From NCBI GenBank assembly GCA_976226885.1, contig OZ320318.1, forward strand, positions 63,922,001 to 63,986,000: a stretch of 64,000 nucleotides of DNA. Direction: 5' to 3'. The translations under genes and the position numbers were made by a program. The stretch's first letter is position 1, and the number at the start of each line of letters is the position of its first letter. The DNA comes from Iphione sp. A-MEVVRFRX5 (Eukaryota). A model generated the notes under the pieces. It saw only the letters and a program-made list of their open reading frames with translations. It had not been told where the DNA came from and did not search any database. Positions 1-14,200 of the stretch are shown here, in pieces.

Positions 1-135
1 ACACCCATGGCGTTTTTACAAGTTGCGGGCCACTCTGGGTTGAGGCTACAGTAAATCTGTCTGGTTGTAATCAAGAGTCCCAAGCCCGGGATTGAACCTG
101 CAACCTCTCAATCAGTGGGCCAGTGCTCTACCATA
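1..135 (-). mobile_element. tRNA-headed SINE copy (cut by the window edge)
   Basis: Reverse complement (agcactggcccactgattgagaggttgcaggttcaatcccgggcttgggactcttga...gatttactgtagcc...caacttgtaaaaacgccatgggtgt) aligns with the copy at 31141-31290; B-box-like GGTTCAATCC. Confidence 0.8.
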
Positions 136-188
136 TAATACATTTACATGTAGTTGTTTTATATGGTGACTTGTAAATACTCCAAATA

Positions 189-250
189 CAGTGGAAAGCC
201 ATCGTAGGCAGGTCACCAGTAGGGACATGCCTCTAATAGGAGCACTTTTC
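189..250. mobile_element. Left end of a related TA-CAGTGGA MITE
   Basis: tacagtggaaagcc...agggacatgcctctaatagg resembles the left end of the 36596 element; no right end found. Confidence 0.35.
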
Positions 251-557
251 GGAAGAACAAATATTGTTTGCTATATTAATCTCTGACAGGCAGGAATTAC
301 TTGTTATGTATATGTTCAACATGGAAATTTTTCGAACCAGTGATATATAGGTAATGGTTACTGACACTTGTTCATATGTTCCTGTTCTTCTAGTTGCTTT
401 AGGGAACTCTTGACCGAAAACCAGCATCTTGTGCTGATTGCATTGTTGCAGATGTTTCGTAATAAAAAAAAATAAGAATAAAGGACACACCCCAGTCAGG
501 TACAGTTTGGGAAAGAACCAACGTTGTCATCATTAGATACTTTCCACTATATATACG

Positions 558-685
558 NNNNNNNNNNNNNNNNNNNNNNNNNNNNNNNNNNNNNNNNNNN
601 NNNNNNNNNNNNNNNNNNNNNNNNNNNNNNNNNNNNNNNNNNNNNNNNNNNNNNNNNNNNNNNNNNNNNNNNNNNNNNNNNNNNN
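558..685. other. Assembly gap (128 N)
   Basis: Run of N seen directly, next to CA/TA simple repeats. Confidence 0.99.
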
Positions 686-799
686 ATACGCGCGTCTCTC
701 ACACACATACACACACATGCAGGTTTATCTTACGGTTACCAAGTATGATACACAAGACCTCTTTGATGCTGTGTACCGTGATAAAACCCTGTAGCTGTA

Positions 800-1420
800 G
801 TTATGCGAAGGATTGAGAGGCAACGCCGTTCTCAAGTTCGCAAAAGCCATCCATCACCAGCAGGGGAAAGTTTATGATTGATGCGGCGAACATGCTTGGG
901 AACCGTAGAGTCCAGAGAATACTTTGAGGTGAATTTATGGCTGTCGAAGTTTCAGTGTCTAATGAGAGGGTTTCCTGCGAGTCGTGGAGCTTTCATTGCA
1001 GACCGAAGAAAGAAATCACAGCCGAAGTTGTCCTGGTGAGTGTCCTTGAAGTGAATCTCAACTAGACAAGGGATGGTACTTCCCATACAGTATCTGTGGG
1101 GAGCATCAATCTTTTTATGTCAAACTATTTTAGCTTGTACTAGGCCTTGGTCGCCACTATGGCCGTGTCTCTTGAGCCTTTCTCCCACATCCAGACCATT
1201 CATTATATGTCTGCAGGCTATGGACCGTTGGTAGTGGGCCGATCTGCTGCTCTTGAGGGCTTCTCTGTGGAGATTTGCAGACCACAGTTGGACGTATCAG
1301 TTATGAAGTACCTTGGATATTATATGAAATCGTCATTTAGATGAATATCATGCCTCGGCGGGATGGGTGTCTGTTTTCGTACCCAAGGATCTTCCTGTAT
1401 CAGCGACAGCATATGGAACT
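800..1420 (-). mobile_element. Heavily decayed RTE-like LINE reverse transcriptase remnant
   Basis: Minus-strand fragments with stops and frameshifts, in collinear order: TKA*YK, PQILYG, PSMF, resembling RTE TKLKVY / PTLLYG / PSMF. Confidence 0.3.
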
Positions 1421-3269
1421 CCTGTATATATAAGTGACCCCGGTGTGGTTTTGATAACAACTACACGTTCTTTCAATTTAATTCAATTCCGCTGAAGAAC
1501 TTGGAGGAGTGCCCTTGGTGTGGCTCTAATAAAAGCTACAGGGTACTTATGTTCTATACTTAAAGCCTTTTTCGTTTTCCTGAAGACTACAGGAAAAAGA
1601 CCCTTTGATACATGGGTACACAACGTTTGCCTCCCAGTTAAAGATGATGTCATAGGACGTACATCGTATCTGCTTATATCACTTCATGTTGCCGAGTCGG
1701 CCAACATGTTCACATATAGCCTGCAGTCTTTGTATTTGGGGTACCCTGGCAGATTACCAAGCATGTGTTTCCATGGCAACCGCTGCATTATTATATATGC
1801 GAGGAACGTTCGTCTGCCCCATGCCTCGTGAATGCAAGCCAGTACTCAGCAGTAAAAAAACGGCGAGGTCCCCAATATTTTCCCCCTTTCCGCCCTGACC
1901 CGACCATTTCTCTGGTCCATACGTCTCTCTGTTACTTTTCTTTTTACTATACATCTATACGATTGGCTCACATTTCATCTGTGTAGTGTCACTTTGATTT
2001 GAAGGTATCTCCGTAATTTTAATCATGATCACATGGGAAGTTTTTTTTTCAATTTTCCTTGTTATTTTTACAACTAGTTCCCACACGTAGTATACAGGAA
2101 GCAGTACATTCAATATCGTTAATGTGAAGCTGTTGATGTAATGTGGATTGGTAGCGGCTGCTTTTGATAGCCTATATGTTTACATGCACAGCAAGCAGGT
2201 CATCTCGTAAATTGAAGTGAATGCTTATATCATGGTTTATTTCTCATGGTTTCTTTCTTATATTCACTGGATCATACGGCAGGCCTTTTCTCTCCTATGC
2301 CTGCATTCGTGAACAATGCAGAAGTTTGTGGTACATACCAGTAGGCAACGATTACTAAGCCTCTTAGCGGATCGTCGCTGGTAAATATGGCTCCAGGGTG
2401 TATTTGGATTTTATCTGCTCTTTAAATACATAAATTACCCAGCTCAAGTAGCTTAACCTGATTTCTCCTGATACGACTCCCGACTGCATCGCTTGTTTTG
2501 TATCAGTGTAATTGACCAAAGTGGATTTGAATTCGCCTCATAGAAGGGATAAACGTCAGGTTGTGCCAAAATCCGAGTGGAAAGGTGATTTTATTGCATC
2601 AGTGAACAACCCCAGACCGCTAGGAGCTAAACATGGTATGCCGGACTAAAACAGCAATCATTTATTTACCTGCCTGTTTTAGAAATGGTGTAACTTGTTC
2701 TCGACATGTTTAGTTGAATGGAGCCCTTGATCTACCTGAGCAGGTGTAGCAATGCTTGATTCCCTTCGCTGTATTTGTTCTTTGGAGCATTGACTTGGTT
2801 TGATGGGTCATAGCTACGGTCAACTTTTTTGCTGGATCATATGCGTGAAATTGTCTATATAGATTTGTATACTTATGAGTAATATGGAGCATTGCTGGCA
2901 TGAATATTTCATTGCTGTTAGATATGTATACATGAATTGCAACGATTCGACAAGAATCACGGACGGTGAAACGAATAGGAATTGTCTTTTTTTTCTTGAT
3001 CGTATAAATCACACTGAGAACCTCCTCAGAGGAAGTGAGATCCAGGGGAAAGGCAAGATGGGTGACGTGGAGAGCGGGCCAAATCAGGAATAAAGGCATG
3101 ACACATCAAAGGTTCTGGCTGTTGCTCCTCCCCCCCCCCCCCCCGGGCATCTCTGCTACGCAGCCAGGAGAGTTGACGACCCGCCGCCGCCATCAAATAT
3201 TAAAGGCAGTCTTGTAGCACCAAGACCTGGCGGCACTCTGGCAGCATCCTGTCCTCCTGCCTATTTTGT

Positions 3270-3460
3270 CATCCGGACTGATAACTTGTCACCGCCAAGA
3301 GTTTGTGTTGTGGTCGACCACCACCAGATAGCACTTTTTTTAAAGAATGGAACATAATTCCTGCTCCACTTTTCATCCCCGTTTTGTCTTCCTGTCACTA
3401 ATGTGTGGGGAGAAGCGTGATTTCCTCGCCGCTTTTCTTGTTGCTAACTTGTACTGATGG
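3270..3460 (-). mobile_element. Possible Gypsy integrase remnant
   Basis: Minus strand KSGAGIMFH(frameshift)KKCYLVVVDHNTNSW resembles Gypsy KVGADLF...YLVVVDYYS; downstream catalytic motifs not recovered. Confidence 0.22.
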
Positions 3461-5844
3461 TTTTATTCCCCCTGTCTGCGTGGCCGCGGTTGTTGGTTTG
3501 TGTGCTCGTTTGTGGTAGAGGTTATGAGGCTGCTGGTGGTCGTCGCTTCAGTCCCAGGTTTCCAACGGTATTCTTCGTCCAACCCTCCACAGCCGTCCAC
3601 CGCCATTCACAGTTTGCCAAGTGGCTGCCCGCATAGCGTAGAGGAGCAGCAGCAGCGGCAGCAGCTGCCTCGTGTGGTGATCGGGGGGCACCGGAGACGG
3701 CAGCTGTCATTGCCTCGTTGGGCGCTGGTGGCCACACAGCGGCATATTGGCCGGAAGGATAGACGGCTATCACTGCCGGGCACCGCACCCTGCGCCAATC
3801 ACTCGACATGACAGAACCCATTGGCGTCGTTTTTCTTACTTGACTCCGGAGATGACTGCAATGAATGCTCCGAACCCCACGCCTTCTGTTGTTTTTTTTT
3901 TCTGACAGCGGTATGAGAGTTTTGACGGTTTTGAGAGTAATTTGCCCGTCTTGCCTCATAGACTGCCTATACACGGGGGCAGAAAATGAATTTGGATAGG
4001 CAGTATATATATACATGTAAAATATGAAATAAAATATGACCGCCGGTTAAGTCCGATAGATATTAGATAGACAGACAGACATAGGTAGCTTGTCGGAGTG
4101 GCCGGGGGGGGGCAGCCATCCTCCTATTGCAGCAAGTCGGATCATCTGTTGGAAGCGAGCTTGGTTGAGATCGATTAATCAAATGTGCATATTCGGCAGC
4201 AGTGGCGGTGGCGGCCGAGTACGACGGCCGACGCAGGGTGTGGGCGAATCGATAAGGCCGCACGAGCTCATCCCTCACCCGCGCGCTCGCCGAGCTGCCT
4301 GCTTCTCCGGGCTGCTTGCTGCCGTCCCTGGCAGGAGAAGAGGGGGGGGGGCTGCTGTGTGGCTCCATCCCCCTTGGCTGGAGGTAGTATTCCAGCCGTC
4401 TTTGATATTCCGAACTCTGGAGCATTGATCTGTATGCTTTCACCTGTCACCGACTTATCTGCATCACATTTAAGCATAGGCCAGTTATCTGGGCCTGTGT
4501 ATCGGCCACACAATGCGCCCCTGTTATCGACGCTCGACCAGGTGGTCCGTTTTGTTCATGCCATGTATACTTTCATGTGAATCCTTGGTGTGTGTGATTC
4601 ACATTCAGATTTGCTGGTAGCCACATGCAGAACGTCTCATTTTCCCCACATCTGTAAGTTTGCGAATTCAAGCGGAAGCGTGCTCACTTATATGTACAGG
4701 TATTCCTTTCTTAACGAATCCTCTGAGAGCGCAGCTTCTTTATTATAAAGTCACAATTTACAGTGTTACATTTTAAGGACTCGTGTGAGAATCTTCCGTT
4801 GAAGTATAACATGCCTCTTTTAAAATATTTCTCACGACGACGGGGTATCCAGAAATACATCTGCCGTGTTAAGAGATAGGCATATAGTAAATGCATACAC
4901 ACATGAAAACACGCATGTCTACACGAACATGCACACTGCTAACCCTCGGCAAGTCGACATGGACCATTGGCATGGAAACTCATGGTCTCTTGAAGTGGTT
5001 AATTGTGTATGCGTATATTGATATGTAATATTACATAGCACGTAAATAACTTTCAGTAGAAAAATACTCTGTGCCTTTGAAAAAGTCGAAAAAAGGAAAA
5101 AGATCCCCGAGAATATCCTAAACGTCTTTTCCTACTACTGAGGAACACAATGGATCTGTTTTGTCAGACATATTCTATTTTGAACCTTTTCAGATGACAT
5201 CCTTGAAGTTCAAGTAGTATGCTCCAATTGTCCATAGTTTGTCACCAACTGAAGCGGTGTTCTCCAAACGAACAGTTATTCGCTGCAAATGTCTGTCGTT
5301 TGGCAGAGAAACAGCAGGTGTATGATGGGAATGCACCTTGCTAAACAAGGCCGCCACCTAGCGGTCACTCCCACAAAGAGGCCATGGCGGTTGTGGACAG
5401 GCAACAGATGTAGACGATCATTATTCGAGAATTTCTCCCATGAGTTCGGCCATCTACACTCCCCTCTTGTCAACACGCCCTTCGCCCCGACCCCACCCCG
5501 AGAACCCTGCTTGGGTCCCCATCCACCCATCCCTTCAGCTTTCCCAAACCCTCACGAGCGTCCATTTTTCATCAAACGCAGCCGCGCCTGTCGTCACCAT
5601 GACTGCCGCTTGTCGACAGCGGAGGAATGTGAACCTACACAGGGTTTGGTCCTTCGGCGCTTGTTTGGTCGGCACCAAAACGGCAAGAAAGTGTCCCCAG
5701 GGCAGTGGCGTCTGTAGACGGGTTCCGTGTACTTCGTGTGACTGTCTGTGGTTGATACACAAAGGTGGTGCTCTTCCATGGTAGTGATCGGAAGGTGGTG
5801 GTAGTGCTGATGGTAGTTGTGGTGATGGTGGCGGTAGTGACTGC

Positions 5845-6380
5845 AGGATTAAAGACAGCGGGCGATAAACTGATGACGCCAGGGTCGTGCTCTTCTCAGC
5901 AAGTCTCTTAGATAGGATCAAGCCTGCTGGCAGATTAATCCGCCGAGAGCTGAGTGTCTTCTAATAAGCGTGCTAATGGCGCCTAATACAGCGTGCCCGG
6001 TGTTTATCAGTCCCGCTACTCCATAGAGAACAGCGGCTGGCGCCGGCACGTAATTTGTTCTAATAATCGGCTTGTCACAGGGCTCATGAAACACTTCGGT
6101 TTAAAGGGGTTTGACATTCACACAAGTAGTACATGTAAAAAGATTGCTGTTTTCTAAATAATGGGTTATCTTATATGATGAAGAAAACGTCTTTACATAA
6201 ATGTTTGTCCGTTCCTCTTGTCAGAGTGGTTTTGTGGTGGTGGCTCGCACGAAGACTGGAATCGCTGTATGTCTCGGCCATTACTCCCATCACGACATCC
6301 GATATCCATATACATACCGAGTTATGTTGTTTTGCCAGCAAAACAATCTGCTTGAAGTCACGTAGCCTCACACACGGCCA
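5845..6380 (-). mobile_element. Decayed LINE (CR1/L2-like) apurinic endonuclease remnant
   Basis: Collinear motifs DVVMGVMAETYSDSS (about ITETWLDSS), TTLTRGTD..DVFFII*DN (about YTLFRRDR..GGGV.IY) and TLASSVYRPLS (about VGSVYRPP). Confidence 0.45.
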
Positions 6381-7239
6381 TAATTATCCAAAATTAATTG
6401 TGTTTTATTGCCCTGGATCCACCATGATGTCCGTCAATTCTGGGTTAACACCCGGAAAATGCGTAGAGAGTCCGACGAAAGAAAATAACACCTTCCGTTA
6501 GAACGTGGCCATTCCCGAGTCTTCCATGGTCTGCCTAACTGGGTCTGGTATTCCTTTGATGTCGACGCCACCGCGTCCTACTGATGAAGAGCCGCTGAAT
6601 GTGGGCGGAAAACAGGTAGCAACGCCGCTCGATCATGCCTGTCGGTTTTTGTCAGTGTCAAGCGTTGCCTTCACAAATAAGCCCCATAGTTTATTTGTGA
6701 GTCTACTGCTCACTACAATCTTCGTGGTTGACTCTTCATGTGAATATATTAAACGTGGATGTTTACATGTGGCCGTGCACACGCACATGCCAACGGTCAC
6801 ATGCAGATAGCTTAAAGGACATTGTGGAAAAGCAACTGCATGATAATAATCGGAGGAGTATAACGGATAGCGCATCTACAGTAGTAGATTTTTTTTGTTC
6901 TGACATCAATTGCGTGTCTCTCCTGCCAGAAACGGAATGATAAACTTCGCAATTAATGCGCGTGTTGAAAGTAACATTTTATACACAGGGACATCACCAC
7001 CCAAGTGGATAGTCTACTTGCACACGTCTTCACGTGTCATAGCACTGTTAGGTGACGGTGATTACATCCTAAACATTGAGAAATTATCAGGACAATCCGA
7101 AGGGGTGTATATTCTCTCGCATGGGTGGTTGTTAATTGCATTGTTGCGTGAATCATAATCACCAGTGGCAGCTTTTTTGTACCTTCCTACTGAAACAGCA
7201 CTTGCCGAGCCACCACAGCTACACCGCACACATACGCAT

Positions 7240-7550
7240 GCACTTCTGTGTGTGTGCGTGTGTGTATGTGTGTGTGAGTAAGATACATGTAGAAGGACAG
7301 AGAATCTATCCAGAAAGAGACAGAGAAATGAACTTGTGAAGAGAGAGAGAGAGTGGGCACAGAAGCAGGCACACAGACAGATGGTTAGACAAACAGGTGG
7401 ACAAACGAGTTGGAGGAGGCAAGCAGACAGGCAGACAAACCTCCCAGACATGGACTTTTAGAGATGCAGAGAAAGAATGAGCAAGGGTACGCATGACACA
7501 CAGACACAGACACACACATGCACACAGCACACACTCTGAAGCACACACAC
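7240..7550. repeat. Compound simple-repeat tract (TG, GA, GACA, CA)
   Basis: Seen directly. Confidence 0.85.
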
Positions 7551-10500
7551 AGCGTTCTGCGCCTCTTCTTGTCCTGTGCCCCACACTGCTGACAGTTGAA
7601 GCATGACTCATGCGCGGTGAGTAGTGCACGAGTTGGCGGTGTGGCGACGGCGCCAGCCGCATGTCGCGTCGGCCTGACCGACAAGCTTACACGGTGTTAA
7701 ATAACACTGTCTGCACAACGTACACAGACAGTAACATACTTCACCTGATTCATACCCTTTTATATCGCGACCTCATTGTTTGAGGGATTTCGTTAGCCCA
7801 GCCAAACATGCCCAGATATTCTTATGTTCGCCTAAGGCATGCGAACACTTCCGCAAGCCATCTCAGTGAAGCTTCTGCTCTGTCACAGTGTAATGGTATG
7901 ACCTTTAACCGCAAACATATACATGTACATGTATTAATTGCATAAGAAATATGAAATAAAATATTTATGAGGAAAAACAACGAGCTCAGAAGCTGTCTAT
8001 GCGGGAACAGGGCAGCTTACTGTTAAACTGCTATATGAGGTGCATTATGTATATCCTCTCGATACAGGCCTGCATGACTTTTTGGGAGGTACAGTATTTT
8101 TCTAATAAGATATTTTTGTTTACGAATCCACACAGCCCACTGAGAACTAATGCTGATCCCGGCGGGTCAACTACCCGCATTAGCAGCATCTAGGGACCAC
8201 CAGACTGGTTACCCTGGTAACTGCATCTAAAGCACTGAACACCATGGCAACCGCCAGCCGCTGGGCTCCGAGATGGCTGAGGGAGATTATGAGGATGCTA
8301 TGGCAGTCCGTGTTCACTTGTCTGCGCTGAAACTGGTGCCTTTGTATGATGGTTGATGCTGGCTCCGAAAGATACATTAGCTCAGTATGGACACACGGTA
8401 AAGTGAGGCATTCTGAATGGAGAACTATGATCTTTTTCTCGTCAGACCTATTTGCCTTCAATCCGATCTAATACACGATTATTTCTGTATCATTTACAAT
8501 TCCCCGAAAGCGGAAAAGAACGGTAAAAGCAGTATGAATACAGGTATGAAACGAAAAACCACCAGCACGTGATTGCCAAAGGTCGCAGCGCGAACCGATT
8601 CATATCTGTTGTAATTATGCTGCAGCGGATGTTTCCGAAATAATGCAGCTCTGTGGTGCTCAAATTGTCGCCTCTAGTACAGAAAAAAAGTTGCTGCGTG
8701 CATGCCGGCAGCGGCGGCGGTGGCGTCGAGTTGTGACACTTTTGGGGGCGGGATAGAGACTGGAGGCTAGAGGGGTTGGGAAGCCGGTAAGCCGCTGGCA
8801 GCTATTTACTGCGTCAACACTGGCCTGTCGCCGAGTGTACTTGGTGCTAAGATGCAGTGAGAGCGAGGTGCGGCCTGCCGCACGTGATGCGGCTTACCCC
8901 GGCCCCGTGTTTGTGGAACGACCATATTCGGGGGCAGGGGAGCGATTCACTGATCTCCACCCCATTCCCAGCCTGCCCTCCCCTTTCTTCCCCGCCCCGA
9001 ACTAGGCAGATGCCCATCAGTTGTAATACTGATCCCGTTCATTCACGTGTTTACTTTGTCTATTATTGTCAGCTACCATCCGCCTATCCATCTCGTATCC
9101 ATTAGTCTTTCTTGCTGCACATCAGTCCTTTTGTTTTGTCTAATCGTTTCACTGTCCATCCCCTTTTCTACCTATAACTACGTTATCAGTACACCTCATG
9201 TAATGTGTGTTTCATTTGTTGACTACTTGATGTGCCGAGCGGTGCCAGTTGCTTTTTCCTGTCAGTACGTTCCGACCGCTTCATCGTTCGCATTTATTCA
9301 CAGATTGAAGCAGAGAACATTTCCTCGACAGTAACATTAGGCGATCTTTGTTTAGAAATTAAGACGAAAGTTTAATACAACCAGTGAATTTCTTGGAGTA
9401 AAATCAAAAGGCGTTTTAATATAGACCCAGGACAGTGTGCCATACACAATACACAATACATGTACATGTAATTCTTTGGGATTGGGTACGGGGTGGGGGT
9501 GGGGGGTGATCCTAGCAGCAGTTTATAAAGAATGGGTGTAAGGGGGTGTAACCACGCTTACTTCTTCCATCTTCATCGAAGTGTTTAGAAGCGCGCTCCC
9601 CCACCCCCTACCCCCCACCCCCACGGTGAGCGCAGTTCTGATGTCTGTACTTCTGTGAAGAACTCACCCATGCTTAGAAACGACGGGAAACAGTCAGTAG
9701 ACAGGCACCCTTACCTGCAGTTGACTATTGATCCTTCTCACAGCAGTCAATACACCTTTTCAAATGGGCGAAATTAGTCGGCTTCATCAAATGAAGGGGA
9801 ATAAAAGCCGGAGAGGAAAGAGAATTGAGTCATGCTCACAAAGTACTTGTATAATTGATCTGGTTGTCCCCACATTGATACACTGTAATCCACCGGCTGT
9901 TTACCCTGTGAACTGAATCAACAAGTCTGTGCTCATACATTGTATTACTCTTTGTCATCCGACTCCTTAAAACTGGCCAAATACAACAGATTTCCGCTTA
10001 TAACATAGGTTTTTTTGTTCTTCTTTACAACTTGCATGTGTAAGTAGCACAAAGGGGTTTAGATATGATACCTCTACATGTAAACATACTATTAACACAA
10101 AACAGTTTTACACAATGTACGTCATAAAATGCAACAGTGTTTGATGAACCTTTCAATCCTCACAGGTCAATTCTTATCAATGGCATGCGATTTTCACAAA
10201 GCGTTTCATATCCGATTTCGAAATCAATCACGAAACTGCAAGAAATGCCATCTCTTTGTAGTTGTTTTGTTCTCAATGCTTTTCTTGGTTGTTGCTTTAA
10301 TCCAGTTTTGTTACCATTGCAGGTATGTGTAGTACATCTCCGTGACAGTATTTTCAAGCTTCTGGTAAGCCCGTTCTTTTTGAACTAGTACAAATTATCT
10401 GAATGTACGAGCATCAAATTTCCCCAAGACACTTGGACACTCTGCAGGTTTTAACGTTCTTGTTAGTAGGATGTTGATTAAATGTGAAGGTAATCAGTTT

Positions 10501-10929
10501 GGTTACATCCTTGGTTACCTACTCTGAAGGGGACCTCAGAAATGCTGTTGCCTGAGCTACTGTCCCTCTGATCGGGCAACCATCCGTGCAGTCCTTGTCG
10601 AGAGAATACCTTTGCTTCCAATAAATGTAGGATTTATTCTTTTTAGAAGACAGAACATTTGTAGGCATACATTTATTTATTTATTTATTTTTATTATTAT
10701 TAGTCTCTTAAGATTCTTCTTCAGACAGCCGATACGTCATTTACAGAGGGAGACTACAAATGTCTCTTTTATCATTTTGGTTTTGGTTATGTAAGCTCTT
10801 ATTCAACCTTTTCAGTGTTTTTGGATCTCCATCTTTCAAAATGTAAAGCGGTGCTACCTGGATCACTGTGTGATGGTGTCATCGCCTTTATTTCCACGAA
10901 CCCTCCGGGCGCCAGGTATCGCGTGGATT

Positions 10930-11250
10930 TGAGCAATATGAACAATTTCTGATGCTAATGCCATTAGCTGAAGAGCTGAAAAAACCTAGGAAAACATTCT
11001 ATAATGTTGTTCTCTGGTGTCACTTCAAGTTTTGACCGCCGCATACAATACAAAAGTGTATTGTTGCGTATACCAAAAATAACGAAGCTTGTACTGCGAC
11101 CGCTGAGACTCCAGGGCATTTACGATGAGTGGAAGTTCTTTGTAGTAGCATTTCCTATTCGGACGACAATTTCTGAATCCTTAGCAACATCCATAATATC
11201 ACTTCATTCGTTTAATGGAAGGAGCAAGATAAGTGATCAATTTGTGGCAT
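10930..11250 (-). mobile_element. Decayed RTE-clade LINE RT C-terminal remnant
   Basis: One frame with stops gives DSEIVVRIGNATTKNF (about DAEIS.RIGKAA..F), NTLLYC (about STLLYG) and ECFPRFFQL (about RCLRRILG). Confidence 0.5.
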
Positions 11251-14200
11251 GCGGGCTATTAAAATGACCGTACGCTTTACAGGCTTCCCAGTAAGTCGAA
11301 TTACTGGTTTCGAATTCTCAGAGACGCCCACTTTTTAAGATTTAATGTTTCTCAAAAAGAATTCAAAGGACACTTATTTATTGACGATTTAGACTATAGA
11401 ACCGGCACAAAATTCCTGCCTTCTAGAGAAACAGGGTGTACTAGATGGAGGTAGCGCGCATTGACGCCGCTCTTCTCCAATTCAAATGCGTCCATTATGG
11501 GTGAGGTAAACAGTCTGCGCGGCCCGTCTCTTACGAGTGTCTGTTTGCCCGCCTTTCTCAAGGCGGCGCCTGTCTTTTGTCGCTGACGGAAGCGACGACA
11601 GGGCCCAATCATGGCCGCGCGCCAGTTGGAATTCTGGGACGGTTGTTGGGTCAATACTGACCATTTCCGGTAGCGATCCCGCCACCTGGTACCCTAGGCC
11701 TGAACCGTCAGGGTGGCCCCCTTTTGGACCGTATGTGAGTCCAATTGGTGATGAATGTCTTGCATAGAAGGGCCCAGTTCCTAGGGTATTGATAAAGGGG
11801 TTAATTAGTATGCATGTTAGGATAATAAAAGAAACTTGTATGATGACCTCTATATATGAAGTCACATGGCGCAGCATGCATCTTTAGGCATTAAAGATCT
11901 TTTTTTTGATAGAGTGGAAGGATTGTGGTATGTACATGTACATACGTGTTTATGTGAGGAGGTGAAAGTATCCAAAGCCCAGCAGGATGCACACTTGGCC
12001 TACTTCTCAACAGGGCGTGAACTTTTCTAAAGTGATTTCGGCCAAGGCATTGGATTGACGCCTTTCTTTACGGAGGGGACGTTTCTTTACGGCCAGCTTT
12101 GTCCCTTGCTTCCCACCTCTAGCCCAGACTGGCTCGGGAGTCCAAGGAGGATTATACCCTGAGCACGCTGGTAAATCCTTTGACTCTAGCACGGCCTGCT
12201 GCTTGGTTGCCATTCAGGGAAGCATTTGACAGACAGGATGTCTGCACGTCCTTTATCCATTGGTCTGACAGCTGTCGTAACGCCTGATGTATGGGTCCCA
12301 ATAACGTATTAACTCCAGGACTGGCGCGTATTCCTCTGCTGGCTGGAATTGGTCACTTTAACCCTTTCATCACCATAAAATGTAACCGTACACTTGTACT
12401 TTGCTAAGAGACAACTTCCGCCATCTTTTGTGTGTGTGGTGAAAGTAAGGGGAATCCCTTGATCAAGTTGTTTTGTAGAAAGGTTCTCTCTTTCAAATTT
12501 GTAACACCCTAAGGTTCAGTGTTGTATAATACATCGTATCCACTGTTAGCAAATTGATGTTTCCTGAATTCGATCAAGTTTCTTGTGTGAATTTTTGTTT
12601 AGATGGAACAGTAATATAATCTACGCTATTAGTAACACGTATGTGTTCTTCTGTTCTGTTAAAAGACGGCGTTAAAATCTGCTTTCTGAAAACAAGTTTC
12701 AGCAATATTAATATACTTGAAATATACATAATTACATGCACTTATCTAGTTACATCTCCATTACACTAGTTATTGATCTTCGGTGACCTCAAATGCCACC
12801 TCTGCTGAGTCGGTCTGTGCGCTAATTCTGTCGTAGTCAATTTCCTATTTAAAAGTGTCAGGACCATACTTAAGTCACTTATTGTTTGTTTGGAAATGGA
12901 CCGTCGTAGGCACTGCACCTTGGTGGTTTGACGTTCGATCCTTCCCCTCCCCCCCTCGAAAAAAAGGTTAATTGCTCATGGATGGTATTTGCATACATAC
13001 ATTCATGTCGAGTAAGAAGCTAAACTAGTCCCCGCTCGGGGAGAAGCACTATGCTTTAGAGATGGCATCTGAAAGGTTATTCGGACAGACATGTAAGATC
13101 CCTGACAGTGATATATGCCACCGACCGAGGTGTCCCCGGGTCAAACGTCCTGGTCCCGTATCCCTGTTCCAGTTAACCTCGCAGATCAAAGCCTCCGGGG
13201 GACAAGTCTTATCTGCAGATCTGCATATGAAAACAGAAGAACAGATGAGTTTATCTGCCTGAAATATTGAATCTTGTCCGGACAGCTGTTATACCCATTT
13301 CGGATTTAAGTCGCAGCGGATTGTTTGTGGACGTAGCTGGGTGTGTGTTTGGATATTTACCCGGTGGTGGGATGAGGGTTGGGGACACTGATAGTATGTG
13401 GTGTGTTTGTGTGTGTGGGGGGGGGGGTGAGATGGATGCCTGTGCCACCTTCGCCCTGAGGACCCCAGACCCACGTCTCCCCCTGTAACCCACAACCATA
13501 CGTCTCTCTGTCTGGGTTCAGAAGCTCGTCGCTAGGGGGCGTGACAGGAGGCGGACCCACGTGACCTTCAGCAGCAAAGGCACACCAGTCGCACCCACGG
13601 GTTTCTTTCTCTTACCATACAAATGTATATGCAGATCTCCATTGAAGCATATGTTATAGCTTGCTCTGTCCAGCGTCATACAGTGCAATTCAATGGACAC
13701 AATTTATATTTAGAACACCAAATATGAGACTTACGTTTGAAAATTACGTAGCGATGAGAACCTGGCGAATATGTATCAGCCTTGGTTTTTTTTTTTTTTA
13801 AATATGCATGCCCTTAGCTTGGGTACTTGTTTGCCTCGTTCAGGCGGTTTGCTTTAGAATACGTGTGTGCAATCAGCTTTCGTTAATGTCAGTTCCGATT
13901 CTTCGGATCCCTAGCGCCCAAATAGTGGCAGCTAGGATCCTGTGTCCACCAGTTGAAAGACTGCCTCGAAATGCGAAATGATAGCACCCTTACCGCCCCA
14001 CTACTCTGACTATCTGTAATGAGGTTTTGACGACAGCCGTTTCAAGAAGAGCTTTGGGTGGTTTTTGAGGGAAACAGAACTGGGCCTCTTCAGTAGCACC
14101 ATGAATCATCGGCGACGGACTGCGCATACCGGTATATTTATGTTGTCTCAAGCGGGCAGCCGCGCCATATATCATGAAAATAATATCTTTAGGTCTAGGT

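Noticed and set aside
524-748. ORFs crossing the N run
   Set aside because: Artefacts of the assembly gap.
4063-4443. HTLRR...AATATAA as a tyrosine recombinase (DIRS) motif
   Set aside because: Spacing does not fit HSxRxGxAT, and no catalytic Tyr box or upstream Arg box is recognisable.
11602-11730. Phase 2-2, 129-nt candidate TMEM132 exon
   Set aside because: Poor pyrimidine tract, and the peptide lacks the W.V...TA.V.C pattern.
12358-12452. piggyBac-like TTAA-CCC MITE
   Set aside because: Right end is only a partial inverted match and lacks the TTAA duplication.
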